IMG/VR virus record: IMGVR_UViG_3300027833_000013
Location: 64,001 to 128,000 of that record
From: a virus
Direction: 5' to 3' (one strand)
Length of the DNA: 64,000 nt
In this document: in pieces, positions 50,044 to 60,105 of the stretch
How positions within the stretch are numbered: position 1 is the first letter of the stretch
How the letters are laid out: each line of letters starts with the position of its first letter
The notes under the pieces: generated by a model
Told to the model about the DNA's origin: nothing
Database searches by the model: none
Seen by the model: the letters and a program-made list of their open reading frames with translations, nothing else
Position numbers and translations under genes: made by a program

Positions 50044-51513
50044 ATGGCATACACAATTAATAGATACGCAGGTACTACTTTAGCTACTGTACAAGACGGA
50101 ACAGTAGATGCAACTTCCGATTTACGGTTTGTAGGTAAGAACTATGCAGGTTACGGTGAAATACAGAATGAAAACTTCTTATTCTTACTTGAAAATTTTA
50201 GTGGAGCATCACAACCACCAAAGGCTATATCAGGACAAGTTTGGTATGACAGTGCAGTACAAAAATTAAAGTTTTATAATGGTACTAAATTTAAAAATAC
50301 CGGCGGAGCAGAAGTATCGGCGACACAGCCAGTTGGATTAACATCAGGCGACTTTTGGTGGGATAGTGGTAACAATCAGTTATATGCATATGACGGAACA
50401 TCATTTATATTAGTAGGACCACAAAGTACAGGTAGTGGCGTTACACAGATGCAAAGTAAAACTGTTAAAGATACTACGTCAACAAATAGAAGTGTTATTG
50501 CCGCGACAATTAACGATGAAGTAGTTTATTTAATCAGTAGTATTGAATTTACTATTGATAGTACAGATGCATCAAATGCAATTACAGGATTTGATGTAGT
50601 TAAGAAAGGCCTTACTTTAATTAACACTACAGTGGCCACAAACGGAGTTACAAGTTCTGATCATGTGTATCATGGCACGTCATCAAACGCATTAAGATTA
50701 GGTGGAAATTTAGCAAGTGATTACTTACTAAGTTCTTCAGGTTCATTTACAGATGTTGTACGTTTTGCAGATACTGGATATTCAGTAGGCGATAGTAATG
50801 ATTTGCTTATTAAAATTGAAAATGGTAATGACGGTGTAATTGGCAACCAAGTGGGCACTAACAGTATTATTAAAATAAAAGCTAATAATGCATCAGGTTC
50901 ATTAACTCATTCTGCAACATTTACAGCATTAGGAATGACCCCTGCAAGTACTAACGCATTTGACATCGGAGCGTCGGGCAATGTATGGGCTAACGTTTAT
51001 GCAACAAACTTACAAGGTAATGCAACAACTGCAAGTGCTTTAAAATTAAGCGGAACTGTATATACTCCAAATGCTTCGGCAATTGCAAATACAGCGGCAA
51101 TTAGAGATGCATCAGGTAACTTAACAGCAAACTTATTCCAAGGCATTGCAACACAAGCACGTTATGCTGACTTAGCAGAGAAATACACAACAACAGAAGA
51201 ATTGCCAGCAGGTACAGCAGTAGCAGTAGGCGGCGAAGCAGAAGTTCAACCAGCAGTAGCAAGTAATCATTGCATTGGAGTTGTTTCAACTGATCCGGCA
51301 TACATGATGAACAGTGAAGCAGAAGGTCAATATATTGGACTTAAAGGACGTTTACCAGTAAGAGTAAAAGGCCTTGTTAAAAAAGGCCAAGCTGTATATG
51401 CATTAGACAATGGTGTATGTACTACACTTTCAACAACGGCACTGGTAGGAATTGCACTTGAGTCAAGTGATGACATAAACGAAAAATTAATCGAGTGTGT
51501 TTTAAAAGTATAA
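50044..51513 (+). CDS. Tail fibre paralogue with C-terminal intramolecular-chaperone (peptidase G2-like) domain
   Basis: Shared N-terminal domain; C-terminal ARYADLAEKY...IGVVST.PAY.MN...GR.PVRV. Confidence 0.75.
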   Translation: MAYTINRYAGTTLATVQDGTVDATSDLRFVGKNYAGYGEIQNENFLFLLENFSGASQPPKAISGQVWYDSAVQKLKFYNGTKFKNTGGAEVSATQPVGLTSGDFWWDSGNNQLYAYDGTSFILVGPQSTGSGVTQMQSKTVKDTTSTNRSVIAATINDEVVYLISSIEFTIDSTDASNAITGFDVVKKGLTLINTTVATNGVTSSDHVYHGTSSNALRLGGNLASDYLLSSSGSFTDVVRFADTGYSVGDSNDLLIKIENGNDGVIGNQVGTNSIIKIKANNASGSLTHSATFTALGMTPASTNAFDIGASGNVWANVYATNLQGNATTASALKLSGTVYTPNASAIANTAAIRDASGNLTANLFQGIATQARYADLAEKYTTTEELPAGTAVAVGGEAEVQPAVASNHCIGVVSTDPAYMMNSEAEGQYIGLKGRLPVRVKGLVKKGQAVYALDNGVCTTLSTTALVGIALESSDDINEKLIECVLKV

Positions 51514-51551
51514 ATAGTTATATACGTATATATAAAAGTAAGGAAGAATAA

Positions 51552-52448
51552 ATGGCGGTAGGCGACTTAATTACAGCGGCACGATATAATAACGCACAAG
51601 CGCGGGTGGCTGCGATTATGGGAGTTGGTGCCACTACTGAAGGATACGGACAAACGTTAGAAAGTTCTCAAGTTAGTACTGCATTAACAGTAACAGCAGA
51701 ACATATTAATGATTTGTATACTGATATTATTAGCGGCAGAATACACCAAACTGGTGCTACTCCTAACAGTATAACACAAATTGTTGTAGGCAATACTATT
51801 GCTGATGCAACTAGTGATGATCCAGACGGAACTGCCAAAGGCTTCCAAGATTACGAAGACTTAATAGCAATACTTGAAGCATCGCCAGGTAGATTTGCAC
51901 TAAGTGCATCACAATCGACTAGCGGAACTGGTGTTACTAGTTCTAGAACAGCACAGTGGAACACAGATGTGTCGACTGTTGTGCGTGTTGATTTTTCATC
52001 ATCGGATGCACGTAGAAATTATTTTAATGCCGGTAGCACAATTAAGTTTGAAGCATCATTAACAAGTCAAAGCGGATCAAAATCTAACGATTGGGCAAGT
52101 ATGTTAACTAATATGGGCACAATTGCAATGGGGTATACTGCTACTACTACAACTGGTACAGGAACAACTAGTTCAATTGGCAATTTTGATCTAACTGGAA
52201 CTAATCAAGTAATATTCCGTAAGCCAGGAACAGGTGTTTACTCTGCAAACGATTATTATGTTTATGCAAAAGCAAACTCAGCTACACAATTAGAATTTAC
52301 AATACTATTCCAAGAAGAAGCGGCAGGTAATCCAAATATCGACGAACAAGTAAACGGTACACTAACTAGTACAGTTAAGTTTACTCGAGCAAGTGGATCA
52401 TATGTTACTACACCAGCACCGAGCTTTGTTACTGTAACTTCACTTTAA
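51552..52448 (+). CDS. Virion structural protein
   Basis: T/S-rich beta protein preceded by a perfect TATAAATA (51509-51516). Confidence 0.6.
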   Translation: MAVGDLITAARYNNAQARVAAIMGVGATTEGYGQTLESSQVSTALTVTAEHINDLYTDIISGRIHQTGATPNSITQIVVGNTIADATSDDPDGTAKGFQDYEDLIAILEASPGRFALSASQSTSGTGVTSSRTAQWNTDVSTVVRVDFSSSDARRNYFNAGSTIKFEASLTSQSGSKSNDWASMLTNMGTIAMGYTATTTTGTGTTSSIGNFDLTGTNQVIFRKPGTGVYSANDYYVYAKANSATQLEFTILFQEEAAGNPNIDEQVNGTLTSTVKFTRASGSYVTTPAPSFVTVTSL

Positions 52449-52451
52449 CCA

Positions 52452-52480
52452 TTGACAACCTTAACTTTTTAGTATATACT
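52452..52480 (+). promoter_or_regulatory. Near-consensus sigma70-type promoter heading the modification cluster
   Basis: TTGACA-17 bp-TATACT, followed by an AAGGAG RBS. Confidence 0.8.
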
Positions 52481-52504
52481 ATACAGTATATCTAAGGAGT
52501 AACT

Positions 52505-52840
52505 ATGGACGAACGACTAGAAAAAGCATTAGCTGTTAGTAAAGCATTAGAAACACATCAAAATCAAAAAAATATTCTTCATAAGCAGTATAAAGATAAT
52601 TTACTCTATTACTTTGATGGACATAAAGTTAGTGTAGACCTTTCTTTAATTAGTTACTGTACTAATAGAACAGGACCTGTAGTTATTATAGACGATAACA
52701 AGACTCCGACACTTATTGATAACGTTGAAGAATTTAATAAAAAAATAACAGCAATGTACGACACTGCAACACGTAAATACCTTGTTGAATTTAAAAAGAT
52801 TAAATCAAAAAGGTCAGTAGAGGAATTAATCGACCTATGA
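52505..52840 (+). CDS. Hypothetical protein
   Basis: AAGGAG RBS; ATGA overlap with the next gene. Confidence 0.75.
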   Translation: MDERLEKALAVSKALETHQNQKNILHKQYKDNLLYYFDGHKVSVDLSLISYCTNRTGPVVIIDDNKTPTLIDNVEEFNKKITAMYDTATRKYLVEFKKIKSKRSVEELIDL

Positions 52841-53685
52841 CTCAAGGCGTATTGTTATTTGCATATAATTCTAAACATATGGATTATACAAAACAAGCTA
52901 TATATTGTGCAAAACTTATCAAAGAATACCTTGGTAAGGAAGTTGCACTAGTAACTGATAACGAAGAATATATTCAACGTCAATATCCGTTTTATACAAA
53001 GTATATAGATCATGTTATTACAACTGGTCATGAGGATAATGTACAAGAGCGTGTGTACAATGACGGACTGTATCACAGTGATCGCCAACGTTGGTATAAT
53101 ACTAATAGAAGCTCATGTTTTGAATTGACTCCGTTTGACGAAACACTTGTAATAGATACAGATGTTTTAATTTTTAATGACGAATTAAATAGATGCTTTG
53201 ACTCGACAGAAGATTTTCTAATATCTAAAGATTATAACTTTGTTGATATGAAGCGCGACTATTCAGAGTTTAATAAAGTGTCTGATACAACATGTGATAT
53301 GTTTTGGGCAACTGCATTTTATTTTAAAAAAACTGCATTTACAAATGTATTTTTTGATCTTATCGAACACATTAAAGAAAATTGGCATTTCTATAGACTA
53401 GTATATGAAGTTGTAGAAGTTAAGTTTAGAAACGATTATGCATTTAGCATAGCAATACATATGCTTCGAGGCATGAAAGACGCAACTTGGCCATCCCGTG
53501 TTCCTGCAAGCATTTGGATTACTGTAGATAAAGACATACTACATTCAATAAACGATACTAAATTAACCGTGTTATTACACAAAGAATACGACTATCAAGC
53601 AAGTGCAATTTGTGATGCTAATGTACACGTAATGAATAAGTTTTCATTAGAACGTTGCATTGACAAGGTATTTGAAAATGAGTAA
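52837..53685 (+). CDS. GT-A fold glycosyltransferase-like protein (GT8-like)
   Basis: TPFDETLVIDTD DxD motif and RND.AFSIA. Confidence 0.65.
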   Translation: MTQGVLLFAYNSKHMDYTKQAIYCAKLIKEYLGKEVALVTDNEEYIQRQYPFYTKYIDHVITTGHEDNVQERVYNDGLYHSDRQRWYNTNRSSCFELTPFDETLVIDTDVLIFNDELNRCFDSTEDFLISKDYNFVDMKRDYSEFNKVSDTTCDMFWATAFYFKKTAFTNVFFDLIEHIKENWHFYRLVYEVVEVKFRNDYAFSIAIHMLRGMKDATWPSRVPASIWITVDKDILHSINDTKLTVLLHKEYDYQASAICDANVHVMNKFSLERCIDKVFENE

Positions 53686-54517
53686 CGGTGTATGTTTACT
53701 AGCACAAAATAACGATACTACTGATTATATTAGACAAGCCTACGCACTTGCATTAAGCATTATTGCAAAGTCTCCTAAACAAAAAGTAAGCCTTATTACT
53801 AATGACAGTGTGCGTGACAAATACAGAAAAGTATTTGATCAAATCATTCCTATTCCTTGGGACGATAGTGCAACTAAAAGTAACTGGAAAATTGAAAATA
53901 GATGGAAAGTTTATCATGCAACACCTTACAGAAATACTATAGTATTTGATGTTGACATGCTAGTATTAGAGGATTTAGACATATACTGGAATCAGTTACA
54001 AAAAAATAATGTTGATCACGATATACTTTTTACTACGCAAGTGGTCAATTATAGGAACGAGCCTGTAACAAGTAGGTATTATAGAAAAACATTTGATGCA
54101 AACAACTTGCCTAATTTATATTCAGGAATGTATTACTTTAAAAAAGCAGAAACTACAAAACAATTTTTTGGCTTGCTAAAAACTGTTATGTGGAATTGGG
54201 GCGACTTTTACAAGATCAGTCTAAGTAAAATACCTCAAGAATGGTGTAGCTTTGATGTGTGTACTGCAATAACTGCAAAGTTATTAGATAGGACATACAC
54301 TATCGGAGACAACAATAATATTCTTGAGTTTACCCATATGAAATCGAGATTACAGAATGTTGATATTGATGATAAATGGACTAAGTCTCTTTTTGTAGAT
54401 TTTAATAAAGATCTTAATTTAATAGTTGGCGGAATTAAGCAGTCAGGAATATTTCATTATGTTGAAGATGAATTCTTAACAGACGAAATAGTTAGTATAC
54501 TAGAGGAAGCAATATGA
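53678..54517 (+). CDS. GT-A fold glycosyltransferase-like protein, paralogue of previous gene
   Basis: GVCLLA...DY..QA..LA, TPYRNTIVFDVD; start revised to ATG 53678. Confidence 0.65.
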   Translation: MSNGVCLLAQNNDTTDYIRQAYALALSIIAKSPKQKVSLITNDSVRDKYRKVFDQIIPIPWDDSATKSNWKIENRWKVYHATPYRNTIVFDVDMLVLEDLDIYWNQLQKNNVDHDILFTTQVVNYRNEPVTSRYYRKTFDANNLPNLYSGMYYFKKAETTKQFFGLLKTVMWNWGDFYKISLSKIPQEWCSFDVCTAITAKLLDRTYTIGDNNNILEFTHMKSRLQNVDIDDKWTKSLFVDFNKDLNLIVGGIKQSGIFHYVEDEFLTDEIVSILEEAI

Positions 54518-55140
54518 GTTACTATGCGTATTACAATGAAAAATGCGAAGTTACACAGATATCTAATGAGCCAGATCTGTCTACGAACGACATGTATATT
54601 TTAATTGATGAAGAAATGTTTATTGCATTTGCTAATGAAAAAATTAATTATATCAATTATAAAGTTATAAGCGGAAAGTTAACACTTAAAGCAGAAATTG
54701 AATTAGAAAAATATACTGACTCAAGAATCCCAATTGAACTTACTGATACATTAATAGAAAACTGCATGGTAGTAACACAAGATAAAAAAAATAAACATTG
54801 GTTTGCACAGTGTTATCTTAGTAGTGATGTTATAGAAAACTTTCTACTTATGCCAAAAGAACAAATTGAAAAAAAGATATTTACATTTTATGTAACAGCA
54901 AAAGACAACAGATTTATTTTACTTGATACAATAAAAATACCTGCAAAGTTTGTCCTCACAAAGAATGAAGGATGGCACACTGAAGCAACTAGTGCAGATA
55001 CTGGAGATGTGGTTGAAGTATTTACTGCACCGGCGTATACTATACCTAATATAGACAAAGAAATAGTAACTCAGGATGTTAGATTACTCGTCAGAAGAGA
55101 CTTTTTAACCTATCATCATAAAGTAGGAGAACTTACATGA
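54514..55140 (+). CDS. Hypothetical protein
   Basis: GAGG RBS, overlapping start/stop within the operon. Confidence 0.7.
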   Translation: MSYYAYYNEKCEVTQISNEPDLSTNDMYILIDEEMFIAFANEKINYINYKVISGKLTLKAEIELEKYTDSRIPIELTDTLIENCMVVTQDKKNKHWFAQCYLSSDVIENFLLMPKEQIEKKIFTFYVTAKDNRFILLDTIKIPAKFVLTKNEGWHTEATSADTGDVVEVFTAPAYTIPNIDKEIVTQDVRLLVRRDFLTYHHKVGELT

Positions 55141-56057
55141 AAATTATAGATTATGATATTATATACTTGTCATACGACGAGCCAAACGCAGAAAAAAACT
55201 ATGCAGACCTATTAAGTAAAGTGCCTTGGGCAAAACGGGTGCATGGTGTAGAAGGCAGTGATGCCGCACACAAAGCATGTGCAAACCTAAGTGAAACAGA
55301 TCGTTTTATTACAGTAGATGGCGACAACATTATTAATGCAGAGTTTTTAGGACAAGAACTTGACTTTGATGATCATGCAGATTTAGAACACAGTGTAATT
55401 AGTTGGTGCGGCAGGAATATAATTAACGGATTAATGTACGGCAATGGTGGATTAAAATGTTGGCCAAAGCAGTATGTGTTAGATATGAAAACACATGAAA
55501 ACGCAGAAGCAGACAACCCGCATGCACAAGTTGACTTTTGCTGGGATCTAAAATACATACAGCAAAACAGTTGGTATAGCGATGTACATAATAATGAAAC
55601 TGCACTACAAGCATGGAGGGCAGGGTTCCGTGAAGGTGTTAAGATGTCATTAGATCAAGGAGTGCGACCAACTAAAGAAGCTTTCTTACAAGGCCATTGG
55701 AAAAACTTACATAGGTTGTGGGTGTGGTTAATGGCAGGCGCTGATGTAGAAAATGGACTATGGGCTATTTATGGTGCTCGAGAAGGATTATATATGACAA
55801 TGTGTACAGATTGGGATTATGTACAAGTTAGGGATTTTGAATATTTAAACGAGTACTGGAATAAAACAGTTAGTGTATATATAAATGACGACAACTTGTT
55901 AGAATCAATTCAACGGTTAGGCAACAGTCTTATTGATGAATTAGAAATACCCATTGCTAAGAATCCTTTAGATGCACAACAAAGTAAGTTCTTTAAAGAA
56001 GTTTACCAGAATCCGAGTAGGAATGCACGACAACAGTTTGTGATTGATCCTGAATGA
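55137..56057 (+). CDS. Glycosyltransferase-like protein (GT-A, DxD)
   Basis: DIIYLSYDEPNA...RVHGVEG...TVDGD...NGLMYGNGG...AWRAGFRE; paralogue of 62027-62707. Confidence 0.6.
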   Translation: MKIIDYDIIYLSYDEPNAEKNYADLLSKVPWAKRVHGVEGSDAAHKACANLSETDRFITVDGDNIINAEFLGQELDFDDHADLEHSVISWCGRNIINGLMYGNGGLKCWPKQYVLDMKTHENAEADNPHAQVDFCWDLKYIQQNSWYSDVHNNETALQAWRAGFREGVKMSLDQGVRPTKEAFLQGHWKNLHRLWVWLMAGADVENGLWAIYGAREGLYMTMCTDWDYVQVRDFEYLNEYWNKTVSVYINDDNLLESIQRLGNSLIDELEIPIAKNPLDAQQSKFFKEVYQNPSRNARQQFVIDPE

Positions 56058-57424
56058 GTAACGAACAACGTATAGAAGAATTAAAACTAAAAAAAGATCT
56101 AATAAATTCTGTTAGTTGTAGTTTCTGTACGGCTAAGTGGTTACAAACAACCCTTATGTTACAAAATGGATATAACCATAGTTGCCATCACCCGGCACCG
56201 CATAAAATTCCATTAGAAGAAATAGAAGCAGATCCCGCAGCCTTGCACAATAGTAAGTTTAAAAAAGAACAACGTGCTATGATGTTAAAAGGTGACCGCC
56301 CTTCGGAATGTGATTACTGTTGGAAGATTGAAGATTTAGACAAAGATTATTTTTCAGACAGACATTATAAAACAGCAGACAACTGGGCATGGGACAGATT
56401 TGAAGATATTGCTAAAAGCAATCCACAAGATAATGTATATCCTAGTTACTTAGAAGTTAGTTTTTCAAATGCTTGTAATTTTGCATGTGCTTACTGCTCG
56501 CCTGAAATTAGCAGTAAGTGGATGGAAGATATAAAACAAAACGGTGAGTATCCGGACGGTGCTCATAACTTAGATTATTTAAAGCAAGCTGGAAAATTTC
56601 CATATGCAAACAACGAAGACAATCCGTATGTAACAGCATTTTGGAAATGGTTTCCTGATGCACTTCCGCATTTAAAAGTTCTACGTATTACAGGCGGCGA
56701 ACCTACAATGAGTAAAGATACTTGGAAGTTATTAGATTACATAATTAATAATCCACAACCTCAATTAGAAATTGCAGTTAATACAAATTTAAATGTTCCA
56801 GCAAAGCTAATAGATAAATTAATATACTATAGCGGCGAGCTTGAAGGTAAACTTAAAAAGTTTGACATATACACAAGTGCTGAAGCAGTTGGTGACCAAA
56901 ATGATTATGTAAGAGATGGGATGAATTACAAAGTTTGGATGACTAATGTACATCGTATGTTGTATGAAACTAATAGTACTGTAGCAATAATGACAACTAT
57001 TAATATTTTAAGTTTGCCTAGCTTTGCTAAATTTATACAAGACGTTATGGAACTTAGAAAAGATTACAATTTAAATTTTGAACACAATAGAATTCCGTTA
57101 AGCATTAACTATCTTAGATGGCCTTTGCATTTACAAACTATACTATTAGATAAAGAACAACGTGTAAAGTACGCTAATGAAATTGAGAGTACATGCGAGT
57201 CTTGGCTCAAATATTACAGTAAAGAAAAATATGCTAGAATTTACTTAGAAGAATTTGATCAAATAAAACGGTTGTGTAACTATCTTAGAAACACAGAACC
57301 AGCTATTCAGTATCGTGGTAACTTTTGCAGATATATACATGCATACGATAAGCGTCGAAACAAAAACTTTAAAGATACTTTTCCAGAGTACTCAACATTA
57401 TTAGAGGATTGGCATGCCAGCTAA
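56054..57424 (+). CDS. Radical SAM protein with N-terminal Cys-rich (twitch/SPASM-like) domain
   Basis: CNFACAYC, ITGGEP; N-terminal C..KW...SCHHP...EC.YCW. Confidence 0.88.
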   Translation: MSNEQRIEELKLKKDLINSVSCSFCTAKWLQTTLMLQNGYNHSCHHPAPHKIPLEEIEADPAALHNSKFKKEQRAMMLKGDRPSECDYCWKIEDLDKDYFSDRHYKTADNWAWDRFEDIAKSNPQDNVYPSYLEVSFSNACNFACAYCSPEISSKWMEDIKQNGEYPDGAHNLDYLKQAGKFPYANNEDNPYVTAFWKWFPDALPHLKVLRITGGEPTMSKDTWKLLDYIINNPQPQLEIAVNTNLNVPAKLIDKLIYYSGELEGKLKKFDIYTSAEAVGDQNDYVRDGMNYKVWMTNVHRMLYETNSTVAIMTTINILSLPSFAKFIQDVMELRKDYNLNFEHNRIPLSINYLRWPLHLQTILLDKEQRVKYANEIESTCESWLKYYSKEKYARIYLEEFDQIKRLCNYLRNTEPAIQYRGNFCRYIHAYDKRRNKNFKDTFPEYSTLLEDWHAS

Positions 57425-58859
57425 AGAAGATGAAACATTGCTACAGTACAGGCAACGTATAATAGATCCAAAGAGTACTAGCTTCTGTGGTGCAAAATGG
57501 TTTAATGCAACTACTTGGTTAGGTAGTGGCACAACTGCTAGTTGTCACCACCCGCCGGCACATCAGATTCCATTAGAAGAAGTAGAAGAAAACTACACAG
57601 CAATTCACAACACTAAACATAAGAAAGAGATGCGTAGGCAAATGCAAACGGGCGAACGCCCTGCAGAGTGCGAGTATTGTTGGAAAATGGAAGATATGAA
57701 AAAAGATGCAGTAAGTGATCGCACCTTTAAAACTATTATCTATACTGACGAAGAACTACAGGCTGCATATGATGCAGACTGGAATGAAAACACAGGTCTT
57801 AAAACGTTTGAAATTGCGTTTGATAGAACTTGTAACTTAGCGTGTTCGTATTGCAATGCTAGTTTTAGTACTACATGGGCAAAAGATATTAATAAGAATG
57901 GTCCTTATGAAAACTTAGTCAGTGATGGCGCAGGTGCGTTTAAACACAATGGTGATTGGGCCGCTCCGTACGATAATGATGCAGACAATCCTTATATACA
58001 GGCATTTTGGAAATGGTGGGATAACGGCCTTGCAGATAGTTTAGATGAACTACGCATTACAGGTGGCGAACCACTAATGAGCGGCAACACTTGGAAACTA
58101 TTTGATTGGTATTCTAAACAGAAATCAGATATGCGATTTGCTATTAACTCGAACTTAATTGCAAAAGAAAGCATTATTAATAAGTTGATTGAAAAAGCCC
58201 AAGGAATTAAAAAGTTCCACATTTATACTAGCTGTGAAGCAGTTGGTGAACAGGCTGAATACATCCGGGACGGGTTAGTTTACGATCAATGGGTAAACAA
58301 CGTAACACGTATTTTAGATGAAACTGACGTAGAGCTACATTGCATGATGACTATTAATAGTTTATGCTTGTTTAGTATTACAGAATTTCTTGATCAAATC
58401 TATACGCTAAAAGAACGTACAGGAACAAAAACGCCGACAGTAAGTTTAAACTTATTACGTTTTCCAAGTTTCCAAAGTCCTTTAGCATTGCCAGTACATC
58501 TTAAAGATTATTGCTACAATAAACTAAATGATTGGTATAACGTAAACAAGCACAAAGCGTTATGGCACGAGCATGAAAAAGCAAGCATCGAACGTTTAAT
58601 AGATTATCTAGTTACTGTAGATGCTCCGCATAGACGCACGAGCAATCCTGTAACACTATGGCGCGACTTTAAAACATTTTATCAGCAATATGATGTACGT
58701 AGAAATAAAAACATAAACGTGTTTCCAAAAATCCTAACAGATTGGATAGAAAGTATTCCTGATACAGATGCAAGTATTACAGAACTTGCAGAAAAAGAAG
58801 GATGGATATTAAATCCTGATAATAAGAATATTGCCAAAGGACTAGCAACATATGACTAA
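57414..58859 (+). CDS. Radical SAM protein, close paralogue of previous gene
   Basis: CNLACSYC, ITGGEP, SCHHP, ECEYCW. Confidence 0.88.
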   Translation: MPAKEDETLLQYRQRIIDPKSTSFCGAKWFNATTWLGSGTTASCHHPPAHQIPLEEVEENYTAIHNTKHKKEMRRQMQTGERPAECEYCWKMEDMKKDAVSDRTFKTIIYTDEELQAAYDADWNENTGLKTFEIAFDRTCNLACSYCNASFSTTWAKDINKNGPYENLVSDGAGAFKHNGDWAAPYDNDADNPYIQAFWKWWDNGLADSLDELRITGGEPLMSGNTWKLFDWYSKQKSDMRFAINSNLIAKESIINKLIEKAQGIKKFHIYTSCEAVGEQAEYIRDGLVYDQWVNNVTRILDETDVELHCMMTINSLCLFSITEFLDQIYTLKERTGTKTPTVSLNLLRFPSFQSPLALPVHLKDYCYNKLNDWYNVNKHKALWHEHEKASIERLIDYLVTVDAPHRRTSNPVTLWRDFKTFYQQYDVRRNKNINVFPKILTDWIESIPDTDASITELAEKEGWILNPDNKNIAKGLATYD

Positions 58860-60105
58860 AGATAATTTTTGTGTAGCACCGTGGATGCATTTACACGTTA
58901 TTAACGATGGCCGGGCATTTCCTTGTTGTCAAACACCTTTAGAAGATAAACATGCATATGGCAATGTAAGAGAAACTGCAATACATGATATCTTAAACAG
59001 TACTAAAGCTAAAGGCATGCGCAAAGATATGTTAACAGGTGTGCCATTACCTTCTAGTTGTGAGCGATGCACATCTAAAGAAAAGCACGGATTTGGTAGT
59101 ATGCGCACTGGCATGAATCAAAAGTGGTTACCTCAAGTACAAGACGAAGTAGACGCAACTCATGCAGACGGAACAATAGACAATCCTGTAATTAAAAATT
59201 GGGATTATAGATTTAGTAACTTTTGTAATCTTGCTTGTCCAACTTGCGGTCCATTGTTCAGTACACAATGGCATGCTGATTATAAAAAATTATTTCCTGA
59301 CTATCCAATGACCGAAAAGGCACTAGTTGATCTAAAAGATGCAGATTTATTTTGGAGTGATTTTTCAAAATATGCTAACCATGCAAAAGAAATTCATATT
59401 GCAGGCGGCGAACCATTTATGATGCCCGAAAATAATAAAGTGTTAACTGCATTAGAACAAGAAGAAAATTACGATATTGCAATACGATATAGTACAAACT
59501 GTACAGTATTAAAGCAAGGAAAAGAAAATATTCTAGACCGATTACAGAAGTTTAGTTATATACATCTTAGTTGTAGTATTGATGCCGCAGGCGATGCTTT
59601 CGAATACATTCGATATAAAGGTAAGTGGGACGTTGTTTTAAATAATTTAAAAGAAATTAGACAAAGTGGCCACAACTATTGGATTCATCCTACAGTAAGT
59701 ATATTAAATATTTTTAGAATTACAGAGTTGCACGAAGAACTTTGGAACGCAGATATTATACCAGCAAAACGAGTACATTATAATGCCGACGGAACTGGTG
59801 CAGAATTTCACATAGAAAACTACTGGGTTGACAGGATGCACTTTAATCCATTATTTGTTCCTGAATATTATAGTATGACAATAATGCCAGCACACCTTAA
59901 AGAGCAGGCCGCCGATAAAATTACAACTTATGGCAAACGACTAGAGAAGGAACATAGTATTCCGTTCCATGGCTGGCAAGCCTTAATTGATTTTATGTAT
60001 CAGGCAGATGACAGTCATTTGTATGATGAATTTTTAAGTAAAACACACAATTTAGATAAATTACGTGGCAATGATTTTTATAAAATTAACAAGGAATTTA
60101 AATAG
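58852..60105 (+). CDS. Radical SAM protein with N-terminal twitch/SPASM-like domain
   Basis: FCVAPW..PCC...CERC; CNLACPTC; AGGEP. Confidence 0.88.
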   Translation: MTKDNFCVAPWMHLHVINDGRAFPCCQTPLEDKHAYGNVRETAIHDILNSTKAKGMRKDMLTGVPLPSSCERCTSKEKHGFGSMRTGMNQKWLPQVQDEVDATHADGTIDNPVIKNWDYRFSNFCNLACPTCGPLFSTQWHADYKKLFPDYPMTEKALVDLKDADLFWSDFSKYANHAKEIHIAGGEPFMMPENNKVLTALEQEENYDIAIRYSTNCTVLKQGKENILDRLQKFSYIHLSCSIDAAGDAFEYIRYKGKWDVVLNNLKEIRQSGHNYWIHPTVSILNIFRITELHEELWNADIIPAKRVHYNADGTGAEFHIENYWVDRMHFNPLFVPEYYSMTIMPAHLKEQAADKITTYGKRLEKEHSIPFHGWQALIDFMYQADDSHLYDEFLSKTHNLDKLRGNDFYKINKEFK

